Shown one piece after another: positions 34,715-43,861 of a stretch of DNA of 64,000 bases. Position 1 is the first letter of the stretch. Every line of letters starts with the position of its first letter. The stretch is taken from assembly GCA_052388135.1 (NCBI GenBank), contig JBQTIM010000069.1:4290-68289 (forward strand), written 5' to 3'. The notes beneath the pieces were generated by a model. It worked only from the letters and a program-made list of their open reading frames with translations. It searched no databases and was not told the origin of the DNA. The translations under genes and the position numbers were made by a program. This DNA comes from Elusimicrobiota bacterium (GTDB taxonomy: Bacteria > Elusimicrobiota > Elusimicrobia > FEN-1173).

Positions 34715-35950
34715 TTGAACAACCGACGATACGCCGCCCTCATCGCCCTCGCGCTCCTGGCCGCTCTGCCCGCGGCCGCCGCCAAGGTGGTCAACCGCAC
34801 CATCGCCACGGTCAACGGCGAGGCCATCCTGCTGTCCGAGTTTGAGAAGAACTGGGAAGCGTTCATGGACCAGCAGGAAAAAATGCTGCCTCCCGACCGC
34901 CGCACGCCCGCCTGGGAGAAGGAAGCCAAGGGGCGCATGCTCCAGCAGATGATCGACGACCGCCTTTTGCTTCAGGAGGCCAAGAAGCGCAAGACCCGCG
35001 TGGGCCAGCGCGATTTCGAGAACGGCAAGGTGCAGGTGAAAAGCCGCTTCCTGCCCGACGAGGGGCGCCAGGAGCTCGAGCGCATCGTGCAGAAAGCCAT
35101 GGCCGACAAGCCCCAGGACCCCGGCTCCCTCGACCCGGCCGGCGGCGTGGACCTGTCCGCGGCCTGGAAAGAGCTGGCCAAGAGCAAGCCCTCCGCGGTC
35201 AAGGAGGCGGAATCCCGGTTCAAGGAAGAGCTGGCCAAGGAAGGCCTGACGGAAAAGAAATTCGAGGACCGCATCCGCGACCAGCTCAGCGTGGTGCAGC
35301 TCACCGGCCAAGAGGTGCGGACGCGCACGAAGGAGCCCTCGGACGCCGAAGCGCGCGCGCTTTTCGACGATCTGATGCGCGTGATGGAAGGCAAGGAGGT
35401 CAAGGACAGGGACGCCGAGGCCCAGGCGGACCTTCAGTCCATGGCCCGCTACTTCGGCGCCCAGGCCTCCGAGCAGGTGCGGGCGCGCCACATCCTCATC
35501 CGGCTGGAGCCCAACGCGTCCTTCAAAGACAAGTCCGCGGCGAAGCGCAAGCTCGAGGACCTGCGCAAGAAAATTTCCGGCGGCGCCGATTTCGCCGAGG
35601 CCGCGCGCGAGATTTCCGACGACAAGGCCAGCGCCCAGGCGGGCGGCGACCTGGGCTTTTTCGGCCGCGGCCAGATGGTCCAGCCTTTTGAGAAAGCCGC
35701 ATTCGATCTGAAGAAGCCCGGCGACCTGTCGCCCGTGGTGGAAACCGAGTTCGGGCTGCACCTCATCCGGCTGGAGGAGAAGAAGCCCGCCGGCCGCTTG
35801 AAGTTCGACGAGGTGCGGGACCAGCTCAAAGAATATTTGTATCGCGCCCAGCAGCAGGAAACCTTCGAGCGCTTCGTGCAGGACCTGCGCAAAGGCGCCT
35901 CCATCAAGATCGTCATGGACCCCGCCGCGGCGGAGGCGAATAAGAAGTAA
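34715..35950 (+). CDS. SurA-like periplasmic chaperone / parvulin PPIase
   Basis: Signal peptide, SurA-N-like helical region and PpiC domain 'ARHILIRL…GGDLGFFGRGQMVQPFEKAAFDLKKPGDLSPVVETEFGLHLIRL'. Confidence 0.7.
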   Translation: MNNRRYAALIALALLAALPAAAAKVVNRTIATVNGEAILLSEFEKNWEAFMDQQEKMLPPDRRTPAWEKEAKGRMLQQMIDDRLLLQEAKKRKTRVGQRDFENGKVQVKSRFLPDEGRQELERIVQKAMADKPQDPGSLDPAGGVDLSAAWKELAKSKPSAVKEAESRFKEELAKEGLTEKKFEDRIRDQLSVVQLTGQEVRTRTKEPSDAEARALFDDLMRVMEGKEVKDRDAEAQADLQSMARYFGAQASEQVRARHILIRLEPNASFKDKSAAKRKLEDLRKKISGGADFAEAAREISDDKASAQAGGDLGFFGRGQMVQPFEKAAFDLKKPGDLSPVVETEFGLHLIRLEEKKPAGRLKFDEVRDQLKEYLYRAQQQETFERFVQDLRKGASIKIVMDPAAAEANKK

Positions 35951-36151
35951 GGCGTGGGCCGTTCGGCGCGAGAGCGGTTGCGGGCCGTCCATCGCGGAGG
36001 CCCGGCTCGTGCGGCCCCAATCCCATGCTTGCGTTCCATTTACCGACAAACCCCCGGCTGTGAATCCCGAAACAAGGGTCGCGGCCGGGGGTTTGTTCTG
36101 TGACGGCGGTTCAGGGCGGAAAATTTTGGAATTGACCTTCAAGGCGTTTTG

Positions 36152-37237
36152 ATGGTTTCTCGTTCCCGGCCGCCCGCGTCCTTGCGCCCCCTGCTGGCCG
36201 TCACGCTGGGCGATCCCGCCGGAATCGGGCCCTGGACGGCGGCGGCCGCTGCCTTGGATCCCGGCCTGCGCCGCCTCTGCCGGCCGCTCCTGGTGGGCGA
36301 CGCCTGGGTCGCGCGGCGCTGCGGCGCCCGCGTTCTGCCCCTGGCCGATCCGGACGAATACATCGACCGCCCGGGCGTCCTCAACGTCCTCCACGCGCCG
36401 CATCCCCGCATACGGGAACTGGTCCCCGGCCGTCCGCAAAAAATCGGCGGGGAGTCCGCTTCTCTCTCCGTTCAAATCGCCGCTTCCCTGGCCATGCAGG
36501 GCCGCGTCGCCGCCGTGGTGACGGGTCCGGTCTCCAAAGAATCTTTCCGCCTGGCCGGCGTGCCCTTCCCTGGGCACACGGAGCTGCTCGCGGCCCTCTC
36601 CGGCGTTGCGCGGTCGGAAATGCTCATGGCGGCCGGGCGGCTCCTGGCCCTTCTCATCACGCGGCACGTTCCTTTGTCGGCCGTTCCCCGCCGGCTCACC
36701 GTGAAAGCGATTTCGGATTCGGTCCGTTCGGCCGACGCGTGGTTGAAACGAGCGCTCGGGACCGGACGTCGTCCCCAGTGGGCTTTGTGCGGGCTCAATC
36801 CCCACGCGGGGGACAACGGCCTTCTGGGCCGGGAGGAAATCAGCACGGTGGCGCCGGCCGCCGCGGCCTTGCGCAAGCTCGGAGTGGACATCGCCGGCCC
36901 GCTCCCCGCCGACGTGGCCTGGGGCAAACACGCCGCCGGCTCTTTCGACGCGGTGGCGTGCCTCTACCACGACCAGGGGATGATCCCGCTCAAGGCCTCC
37001 CGCGCCGGCCCCGTGGTCAACATCACCGCCGGCCTTCCTTGGACGCGCACGTCCCCGGGCCACGGCACCGCTTTCGATTTGGCCGCCGCCCCGCGCCCCG
37101 GCCGCCGCGCCGACCCCGCCGCCACCATCGCGGCCGCCCATTGGGCCTTGCGCGTCGCCGAAAATTTCCGTCCGCGGGGCGGAGCCGCGCGGCCGGGGCG
37201 TCCGCCAAGAGCGGCGGGAAAGCGAAGCGCCCGTTGA
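36152..37237 (+). CDS. pdxA: 4-hydroxythreonine-4-phosphate dehydrogenase
   Basis: 'AVTLGDPAGIGP', 'NPHAGDNG' and 'HGTAFDLA' are PdxA signature blocks. The track ORF begins with TTG at 36149; the ATG at 36152 was taken. The basic C-terminal tail is unusual. Confidence 0.8.
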   Translation: MVSRSRPPASLRPLLAVTLGDPAGIGPWTAAAAALDPGLRRLCRPLLVGDAWVARRCGARVLPLADPDEYIDRPGVLNVLHAPHPRIRELVPGRPQKIGGESASLSVQIAASLAMQGRVAAVVTGPVSKESFRLAGVPFPGHTELLAALSGVARSEMLMAAGRLLALLITRHVPLSAVPRRLTVKAISDSVRSADAWLKRALGTGRRPQWALCGLNPHAGDNGLLGREEISTVAPAAAALRKLGVDIAGPLPADVAWGKHAAGSFDAVACLYHDQGMIPLKASRAGPVVNITAGLPWTRTSPGHGTAFDLAAAPRPGRRADPAATIAAAHWALRVAENFRPRGGAARPGRPPRAAGKRSAR

Positions 37238-37400
37238 GAGCGGACCGATCTTCGGCCGCGGCGGCCGCCGGTCGGGCGAAAGCCCCAGCCCGGAAATTTC
37301 CGGAGCCGGCGCCCTCCGGACGCCGTCCGATAACACGAACCCCGTCTTTGAACCCCGCGGTCGAAGTTCGCGGGGGAAAAAATCCGAGGGAGGGCCAGGG

Positions 37401-38480
37401 ATGAAAAGATTTCCAAGGCCGGTCGCGGCGCGCCGCCCGCCCGCCAACGCGTCCGGCTTCCGCCGGCTTCTGCTCTGCGCTTTGTTCTCTTCGCCCTGGC
37501 CGGCGGCCGCGGAGCTGGACCACCGCTCGCGCTGGAGCGTGGGCATCGAGGCGGGCCGGGCGTTCCCCGTTTCTCCGTCCGAATTTTCCCAGCCCAACGA
37601 TTCGGGGCCCGGTTACGGCGCGCGCCTGCGCCAGGACCTGACGGAGCGCTGGTCTGCGGCGGCGGTGTTTTCCAGCCAGAGCTTCCGCCGCAAGGAGCAG
37701 GCGTCCCAGAAGACCGTCACCCAGCCCCTGATGTTCATGGGTTTCCTTTCCCTGGCGCGGACGGCGTCCTGGAACCCCTACCTGGCGGGCGGCCTGGGTT
37801 TCAGCCGCAACCAGCGCACGGTTTTTTCCGTGCGGCACCACTGGACCAAGCTCACCGGCGCCCTGGGCGCGGGCGTGGAGTACACCTTGAGCCCGGTGGT
37901 TTCCGTCGGCGTGGAGGGGCTGTACCGCTATTTCCCGCGGCCGTCCATCGCCGAGAAGGCTTTCCAGACGGCCACGGCCTCGGCCCTCATCAACTTCTAC
38001 ATTCCGGATTCCTGGATTCCCGACCGGCCCCGCCGGCCGCTGGTCATTCGGGAGGCGCCGCCGGCGATTCCCGAGCCTCCCGCCCCCACGCCCCAGGAGC
38101 AGGCCCAGGCCGAGCTGAACCGGGTGCAGGAGGACATGTTCTCCAAAAAGATTTCGTCCATCCGCTTCGAGACCGGGCAGGCCGTTTTGCTGGAGTCGTC
38201 CTACGAAACGCTGGACATCGTGGGAACCATCTTGCGGCGGTATCCCGAGCTCGGCGTGCGCGTGGTGGGGCACACCGACGAGGTGGGCGGCGACATGGAC
38301 AACAAGGCCCTGTCCGCCGCGCGGGCCGAGGCGGTGCGGCAGTACCTCGTTGAAAACTTCTCCCTGCCGGCCGAAAAGATCGCCACCGCCGGCATGGGCG
38401 AAACGCAGCCCGTGGCCGACAACACGACGGAGGAAGGCAAGGCCATGAACCGGCGGGTGGAGTTCCTCATCATCAAGTAA
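37401..38480 (+). CDS. OmpA-family outer-membrane protein (N-terminal beta-barrel-like region, C-terminal OmpA/MotB peptidoglycan-binding domain)
   Basis: Signal peptide. C-terminal 'VVGHTDEVGGDMDNKALSAARAEAVRQYL…NRRVEFLI'. Confidence 0.8.
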   Translation: MKRFPRPVAARRPPANASGFRRLLLCALFSSPWPAAAELDHRSRWSVGIEAGRAFPVSPSEFSQPNDSGPGYGARLRQDLTERWSAAAVFSSQSFRRKEQASQKTVTQPLMFMGFLSLARTASWNPYLAGGLGFSRNQRTVFSVRHHWTKLTGALGAGVEYTLSPVVSVGVEGLYRYFPRPSIAEKAFQTATASALINFYIPDSWIPDRPRRPLVIREAPPAIPEPPAPTPQEQAQAELNRVQEDMFSKKISSIRFETGQAVLLESSYETLDIVGTILRRYPELGVRVVGHTDEVGGDMDNKALSAARAEAVRQYLVENFSLPAEKIATAGMGETQPVADNTTEEGKAMNRRVEFLIIK

Positions 38481-38550
38481 AAGGGGAAAGCCGGGAGAGG
38501 GGCCGCCCGGCCGTCGTTCCGGAGAAGTTTCCGCTGCGGCGGCTAAAACC

Positions 38551-38680
38551 AATGCGGTTCAATTAATGTGTGTCACCCCGGCGAAAGCCGGGGCCCAGGC
38601 AGTAAAACTGGTTTTTAAGCAACTATTTAACGCCCTGGATACCGGCTTCCGCCGGTAAGACGGCTTAATTGAACTGCATT
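38551..38680. mobile_element. MITE-like element with imperfect terminal inverted repeats (aatgcggttcaattaa / ttaattgaactgcatt), two GNRA-loop hairpin modules inside, and a 12-bp direct repeat gcggctaaaacc on both flanks (38539–38550 and 38681–38692)
   Basis: Inverted and direct repeats read directly from the sequence. The internal modules match the hairpin repeats at 15746–15826 and 30528–30560. Confidence 0.5.
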
Positions 38681-38684
38681 GCGG

Positions 38685-40301
38685 CTAAAACCCCTGTTCG
38701 GAGGCGATGGTGACGACGGTGCGGCTCTCGCCCCGCACGGGTTTCAAGGCGTACGCCACGTCGGCGCGCAGGACGTTGCCGACGCTGGAGCGCGTGATGT
38801 GGAACCTCAGGCCGGCCCCGACGTTCATCTTCAGGTTGCGCAAATCGATTTTCTTCCCGGGCTCCCAAACGTTCCCCGCGTCGAAAAACGCGGCCGAACC
38901 CAGTCCCAGCACGCGCCAGAGGTCGGGCACGAGGAAGAGCCGGTGCTCCAGATTGGCCAGGAGCAGTTTGTTGCCCGACAGCTGGTTGAGCTGGTAGCCC
39001 CGCAGGCCGGAATCGCCGCCCAGAAGTATCTGGGAGTCGGGCGCGGGATGGAGGATGTGCTCGGCTTGAAAGTGCAGGGCCAGCGTCTGGCGGGGGGAAT
39101 AGTGGTGGTAGTATTCCCAATCGAGGCGGGGCGTGGTGTCGCGCCAGGCGCCGTCCTCGTAGCGCCCCTGGCCCCGGAAGGTGGCCAGCCAAAAGTGAGA
39201 GGGGCCCAGCCGTCGCCCCGCGAAGGATTCCAGGCTTAAAAAGCCGGCGCGGCGCGAGCCCGCCGCCCAGGGTCCGGAAAATCCCGGCGTCGCCTGCAGG
39301 GACGGCCCGAGGTTGAAATCCTCCTCGCGGTCGTACAGCTTGATGTTCTCAACGGAAAGAAAGTCGACTTTTTCCGCGTGGACGCTGGCCTCGGCCACGG
39401 CGTAGCGCCGGCCCTCGGCCGCGTTGCCGGCGGCGCCGGAGGTGAGCCGCTCCTCCAGGTAGCGGCCGCCCAGCCCTCCGCGGCGTATGCGGCTGGGCGT
39501 GGAGCCGAAGGAAAGCGCGCCGCCGGCCGCCACGGAGCGCACCCGCTCGTTGAACTTGAACGCCTCCACGCCGTCCTTATAAACCCGGTTCACGCGATCC
39601 TCGTCCTGGCCCGACGCCGAGACGGACCAGTGCGTCACCGACGAGAAAAAGGGCCGCGCCAGGGTGAGGTTGCGGCCGCGGCCGTTGTCGCCCTCGGCGT
39701 AGTCCGCGTTCAGCCGCAGGCGCGTGCCCCCGAGGTTCGGGTCCCCGTAGGACAAGGACCGCCGCGCCCCGCCCATCTCCTCGCGGTAGATGTAGCTCAC
39801 CTGCTTGCCGTAGCCCAGGAAATTCTTTTCGCGGATGCCGATCTTGCCGTGGATGTCGTCGCCCACGGTCTCGAAGCTGAGGATGGGCTCCGTGGTCCAA
39901 GTCTCCTGCACGCGCACTTCCAGGTCGACCTCGTCGTCGTCCACGGGCACGGCCCGCACTTTCACCCGCCGCAGGCGCAGAATGCGCCGCAGGGCCCGCT
40001 CCGATTCCCGGGCCAGCCGGGGATCGTAGGCCTCCCCTTCCTGCATAAGGAGCTCGTTCTTGATCACCCGCTCCTTGGTGGAAAAATGGAGGGCGTTGAT
40101 GACGCGGTAGGGCGTCTTGTTTTCCTTCTTGAGCTTGGTGTTGAAAATGTCCGTGCGGAGGATGCGGATGTGGCGGATGCGCTTGCCCTGGGGCCGCCAC
40201 TTTTTGGACCAGGCGTCGGCGGGCAGCAGGAAGGGCCAAAGCAGCAGCAGGCAAAAGGCGAGGGCCCGGCGGGGGAGGCGCGGGCGCGGGCGGGATGTCA
40301 T
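38685..40301 (-). CDS. Omp85-family outer-membrane protein (BamA/TamA-like: POTRA plus C-terminal beta-barrel)
   Basis: Signal peptide. 538 aa with the C-terminal aromatic end '…IASEQGF', and a barrel-like alternating pattern in the C-terminal two-thirds. Confidence 0.7.
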   Translation of the reverse strand: MTSRPRPRLPRRALAFCLLLLWPFLLPADAWSKKWRPQGKRIRHIRILRTDIFNTKLKKENKTPYRVINALHFSTKERVIKNELLMQEGEAYDPRLARESERALRRILRLRRVKVRAVPVDDDEVDLEVRVQETWTTEPILSFETVGDDIHGKIGIREKNFLGYGKQVSYIYREEMGGARRSLSYGDPNLGGTRLRLNADYAEGDNGRGRNLTLARPFFSSVTHWSVSASGQDEDRVNRVYKDGVEAFKFNERVRSVAAGGALSFGSTPSRIRRGGLGGRYLEERLTSGAAGNAAEGRRYAVAEASVHAEKVDFLSVENIKLYDREEDFNLGPSLQATPGFSGPWAAGSRRAGFLSLESFAGRRLGPSHFWLATFRGQGRYEDGAWRDTTPRLDWEYYHHYSPRQTLALHFQAEHILHPAPDSQILLGGDSGLRGYQLNQLSGNKLLLANLEHRLFLVPDLWRVLGLGSAAFFDAGNVWEPGKKIDLRNLKMNVGAGLRFHITRSSVGNVLRADVAYALKPVRGESRTVVTIASEQGF

Positions 40302-40611
40302 TTCTCCCCATTATACCGCTTGCGGTGGCCCTTGCCAAACGGCCCGCTTTGCGATAAAATCTTACCTCGCTGTAAATCCGCACACTTTCCGATTCCGCCC
40401 GGGGTCCCCGGTCAACGCCGGGGCCGGCCCTCCGTCAAGGAGGACCGCGGGAGGCGACGAGAGTGGAGGCCGCGCCGATGCCGGCGCGGAAAAAAACCGA
40501 ACGAGCGCACCGGCTCCGCGAGAAAAGCGGAAGCCCGACCGTGTTCTGTTTACAGCGGACGCCTACGCGGCGGCCGCTTTTTTTTATGAGCCCGGTGCCC
40601 AAGGAGACGAG

Positions 40612-41388
40612 ATGGCTACGATATCCATGAAAGCTTTGCTGGAAGCCGGGGTCCACTTCGGCCACCAGACGCGGCGTTGGAACCCGAAGATGGCCAAATA
40701 CATTTTCGGCAGCCGCAACAACATCCACATCATAGACCTGCAGAAGACCGTCAAGGAGCTGAAAAAGGCCTTGGCCTACGTGAAGGAGCTGGCGGTCTCC
40801 GGCGAGACCCTCCTCTTCGTCGGAACGAAGAAGCAGGCGCGCGAGGCCGTGGCCCAGGAAGCCCAGCGCTGCAACATGCCCTACATCCGCGACCGCTGGC
40901 TGGGCGGCACCCTCACCAACTTCGAGACCGTGCGCCGCTCCGCCCGCCGCCTGGGCGAGCTGGACCGCATGAAGCAGAGCGGCATCTTCGCCTCCCTTTC
41001 CAAAAAGGAGGCCATGCGCCGGGAGAAGGACATCAAGCGGCTGTCCAAGTCCTTGGACGGCATCAAGACCATGGAGAGCCTGCCCTCGGCCGTGTTCATC
41101 GTGGACCCGGTTCAGGAGATGACGGCCATTTTGGAGGCCCGCCGCATGGAGATCCCCATCGTGGGCATCTGCGACACCAACTGCGACCCCGACCTCATCG
41201 ACTACCCCATCCCCGGCAACGACGACGCCATCCGGGCCGTGCGGTTCTTCTGCAAGATCATCGCCGACACGGTGCTGGAGGGCGTGCAGGCGGCCCAGAA
41301 GGCCGCCGCGGCCGAGACGCCGGCGGAAGAACCCGCCGTCCAGGCTCCCGAGCCCGTGGCGACGCCCGCCGACGTCACCGCCGGTTAA
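40612..41388 (+). CDS. rpsB: 30S ribosomal protein S2
   Basis: 'LLEAGVHFGHQTRRWNPKM' is the canonical S2 N-terminus. AAGGAG RBS. The track ORF is 5'-extended. Confidence 0.95.
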   Translation: MATISMKALLEAGVHFGHQTRRWNPKMAKYIFGSRNNIHIIDLQKTVKELKKALAYVKELAVSGETLLFVGTKKQAREAVAQEAQRCNMPYIRDRWLGGTLTNFETVRRSARRLGELDRMKQSGIFASLSKKEAMRREKDIKRLSKSLDGIKTMESLPSAVFIVDPVQEMTAILEARRMEIPIVGICDTNCDPDLIDYPIPGNDDAIRAVRFFCKIIADTVLEGVQAAQKAAAAETPAEEPAVQAPEPVATPADVTAG

Positions 41389-41398
41389 GGGGCGCGTT

Positions 41399-42274
41399 AT
41401 GGCCGACATTTCTCCCGAACTCGTCCGCAAGCTCCGCGAAACCACCGGCGCGGGCATGATGGACTGCAAGCGCGCCCTGGAGGCCTCGAGCGGAGATTTC
41501 GACAAGGCCGTGAAGGTCTTGCGCGAAAAGGGCGCCGCCTCCGCCGCCAAGCGGGCCGGCCGCGCCACCGCCGCGGGCTGGGTGGCCTCGTGGATAGACC
41601 CCGCCGGAAAATCCGCCGTTCTTCTGGAGCTCAACTGCGAAACGGATTTCGTGGCCCGCACCGACGACTTCAAGGCCCTGGTGCAGGACCTGGTGCAGAA
41701 AGCCGGCACGGCCGCGCCGGAATGGTCCGGCCCCGCCGACGCGCCGCAGGACCGCCTCCGCGACCTGGCCGCCAAGCTGGGCGAGAACGTCTCCCTGCGC
41801 CGCTTCCAGCGCTACGGGTCCAACGGAGGCTCCGTCCTCCACTCTTCCTACATCCACCCCTCGGGCGGTTTGGGCTCGGTGGGCGTCCTCATCGAGCTGG
41901 CCGCCGACAAGGCCGAGGCCCTGCAATCCGCGGAGGCCAAGGCCCTCGCCAAGGATCTCGCCATGCAAGTGGCCGCCTCCAGCCCCCGCTGGGTGAGCCG
42001 GGAAGAAATCCCCGCCGACGTTTTGGAGCAGGAAAAATCCATCGCCCGCGAGCAGGCCCGGCGCGACAACAAGCCCGAAGCCATCTGGGACAAAATCGTC
42101 CAAGGCAAGGTCCAGCAGTTTTGCCGCCAGTTCTGCCTCCTGGAGCAGCCCTTCGTCAAGGACGAAAGCCAGAAAATGTCCGTGGGGCAGGTGGTGGAGC
42201 AGGTGTCCAAAAAAGTGGGCGCCGCCCTGGCCCCGAAGCGGTTCGTGCGCTACCGGGTGGGGGAGGAAGAATAG
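41399..42274 (+). CDS. tsf: elongation factor Ts
   Basis: 'LVRKLRETTGAGMMDCKRAL' UBA-like N-terminus. It follows rpsB. Confidence 0.9.
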   Translation: MADISPELVRKLRETTGAGMMDCKRALEASSGDFDKAVKVLREKGAASAAKRAGRATAAGWVASWIDPAGKSAVLLELNCETDFVARTDDFKALVQDLVQKAGTAAPEWSGPADAPQDRLRDLAAKLGENVSLRRFQRYGSNGGSVLHSSYIHPSGGLGSVGVLIELAADKAEALQSAEAKALAKDLAMQVAASSPRWVSREEIPADVLEQEKSIAREQARRDNKPEAIWDKIVQGKVQQFCRQFCLLEQPFVKDESQKMSVGQVVEQVSKKVGAALAPKRFVRYRVGEEE

Positions 42275-42283
42275 GGATGAACG

Positions 42284-42315
42284 GCGTGAATGGTGAATCG
42301 TGAACAGTGAATCGA
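42284..42315. repeat. GTGAAT-type heptamer repeat array (ggcgtgaatggtgaatcgtgaacagtgaatcg) in the tsf–pyrH spacer; a single arm
   Basis: Read from the sequence. Related inverted pairs lie at 43739–43844 and 60772–60871. Confidence 0.5.
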
Positions 42316-43113
42316 AACGTCCACGGCACGACCATCCATGTTAAACCGCCCCCATCCGCCGTTCGCTCTGCGCGATCCGCGCCTCGGCTCGTGAGCGCGC
42401 GCCGCGTCGTCCTCAAGCTGTCGGGCGAGGCCCTGGCCGGGGACGGCCGCTCGGGCATAGACCTGAAGTCTCTTTTCGAGATCGCCAAGGAATTGAAATC
42501 CGCCCGCGGCGCCGACCATCAAATCGCCGTGGTGGTGGGCGGCGGCAACATTTGGCGCGGCGCCCGCGGCCAGGGGCTGGAGCTGGACCGCACCATTTCC
42601 GACAACATGGGCATGCTGGCCACCCTGGTCAACGCCCTGGCCCTGCAGGACGCCCTGGAGCAGCTGGGCGTGCGCACCCGCGTTCTCTCGGCGCTGGAAA
42701 TCGCCAAGGTGGCCGAACCCTACATCCGGCGGCGCGCCATCCGCCATTTGGAAAAGGGCCGCGTGGTGATCTTCGCCGCCGGCACCGGCAGCCCCTATTT
42801 CTCCACGGACACCGCGGCGGCCCTGCGCGCCTCGGAGATCGAGGCCCACGTCATTTTAAAGGCCACCCAGGTGGACGGCGTCTACGATTCCGACCCGCGC
42901 AAAAACGCCAAGGCCAGGCGCTACACGGAGCTGTCCCACGGCGAGGCCTTGAGGAAGCGGCTGGGCGTCATGGACGCCACGGCCCTTTCCCTCTGCATGG
43001 AGAACCGCATCCCCATCCGCGTGTTCAACATGCACGCGCCGGGCAACATCCGCCGCGCCATCGCCGGCGGGAAGATCGGAACGCTGATCAAGCCGGACGA
43101 CAAGCAAGGGTAA
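42307..43113 (+). CDS. pyrH: UMP kinase. The true start is more likely the GTG at 42391, giving [15 protein letters not shown].
   Basis: '[12 protein letters not shown]' and '[11 protein letters not shown]'. Its 5' end overlaps a GTGAAT-repeat element. Confidence 0.85.
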   Translation: MNRNVHGTTIHVKPPPSAVRSARSAPRLVSARRVVLKLSGEALAGDGRSGIDLKSLFEIAKELKSARGADHQIAVVVGGGNIWRGARGQGLELDRTISDNMGMLATLVNALALQDALEQLGVRTRVLSALEIAKVAEPYIRRRAIRHLEKGRVVIFAAGTGSPYFSTDTAAALRASEIEAHVILKATQVDGVYDSDPRKNAKARRYTELSHGEALRKRLGVMDATALSLCMENRIPIRVFNMHAPGNIRRAIAGGKIGTLIKPDDKQG

Positions 43114-43152
43114 CGCGCGCCGCGCGCCCTTAAGACGAGGAGAAGACTCTCT

Positions 43153-43728
43153 ATGATCTCCAGCCAGCCTCAAGTGCAAACCATCCTTCAGCAGGCGGAA
43201 GAGAAAATGAAAAAGGCCCTGGACGGCCTACGCCAGGAGTTTTCGGGCCTGCGCACGGGCCGCGCCTCGGCGGCCCTCCTGGACAACATCCGCGTGGAGA
43301 GCTACGGGTCCCACGTCCCCTTGAAGCAGGTGGCGGCGGTGGGCGTGCCGGACGGGCGGACGCTGGAGATCCGGCCCTGGGATGCGGGCACCCTGTCCGC
43401 CATCGAGAAGGCCATCCAGGCGTCGGACCTGGGCCTCACGCCGGCCAACGACGGCAAGATCATCCGCCTCTCCATCCCGTCCATGACCGAGGACCGGCGC
43501 CGCGACATGGCCCGCGTGGTCAAAAAGATCGCCGAGGATTTCCGCGTCTCCATCCGCAACGACCGCCGCGAGGCCATGGAGAAGATCAAGAAAGCCGAGA
43601 AGGACAAAGTCCTTTCCGAGGACCAGCGCAAGACCGCCGAGGAGGCCCTCCAGAAGCAGACGGACCTCTACGTGAAGAAGGTGGACGAAGCCGCCGCGGC
43701 CAAGGAAAAAGAATTGATGGAAGTTTGA
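43153..43728 (+). CDS. frr: ribosome recycling factor
   Basis: 191 aa with an RRF-like helical bundle pattern. 'LLDNIRVESYGSHVPLKQVAAV'. Confidence 0.9.
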   Translation: MISSQPQVQTILQQAEEKMKKALDGLRQEFSGLRTGRASAALLDNIRVESYGSHVPLKQVAAVGVPDGRTLEIRPWDAGTLSAIEKAIQASDLGLTPANDGKIIRLSIPSMTEDRRRDMARVVKKIAEDFRVSIRNDRREAMEKIKKAEKDKVLSEDQRKTAEEALQKQTDLYVKKVDEAAAAKEKELMEV

Positions 43729-43738
43729 GGGAGAAGAA

Positions 43739-43844
43739 CGGCGTGAATTGTGAACAGTGAATGGTGAATAGAAAAATCAAAACATCGGCTTGGCTCCGGC
43801 TTTTGGACTTTCCCGTTCACTATTCACGATTCACCATTCACGCC
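43739..43844. repeat. inverted pair of GTGAAT-type heptamer arrays (about 32 nt each) separated by ~42 nt, in the frr–uppS spacer
   Basis: Arm 1 is ggcgtgaattgtgaacagtgaatggtgaatag. Arm 2 is cgttcactattcacgattcaccattcacgcc, whose reverse complement is ggcgtgaatggtgaatcgtgaatagtgaacg. Confidence 0.55.
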
Positions 43845-43861
43845 TTCGCTCCGCGCCTTCC

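Noticed and set aside
36739-37404. Plus-strand ORF 36739..37404 (221 aa), and similar internal alternative-frame ORFs such as 1371..1910, 8807..9910 and 30692..32182
   Set aside because: They are out-of-frame overlaps within pdxA, the giant ORF, the membrane protein and mfd, with R/P/G-rich composition and no independent coding signature. This contrasts with the two coiled-coil ORFs, which do carry the better local signal.
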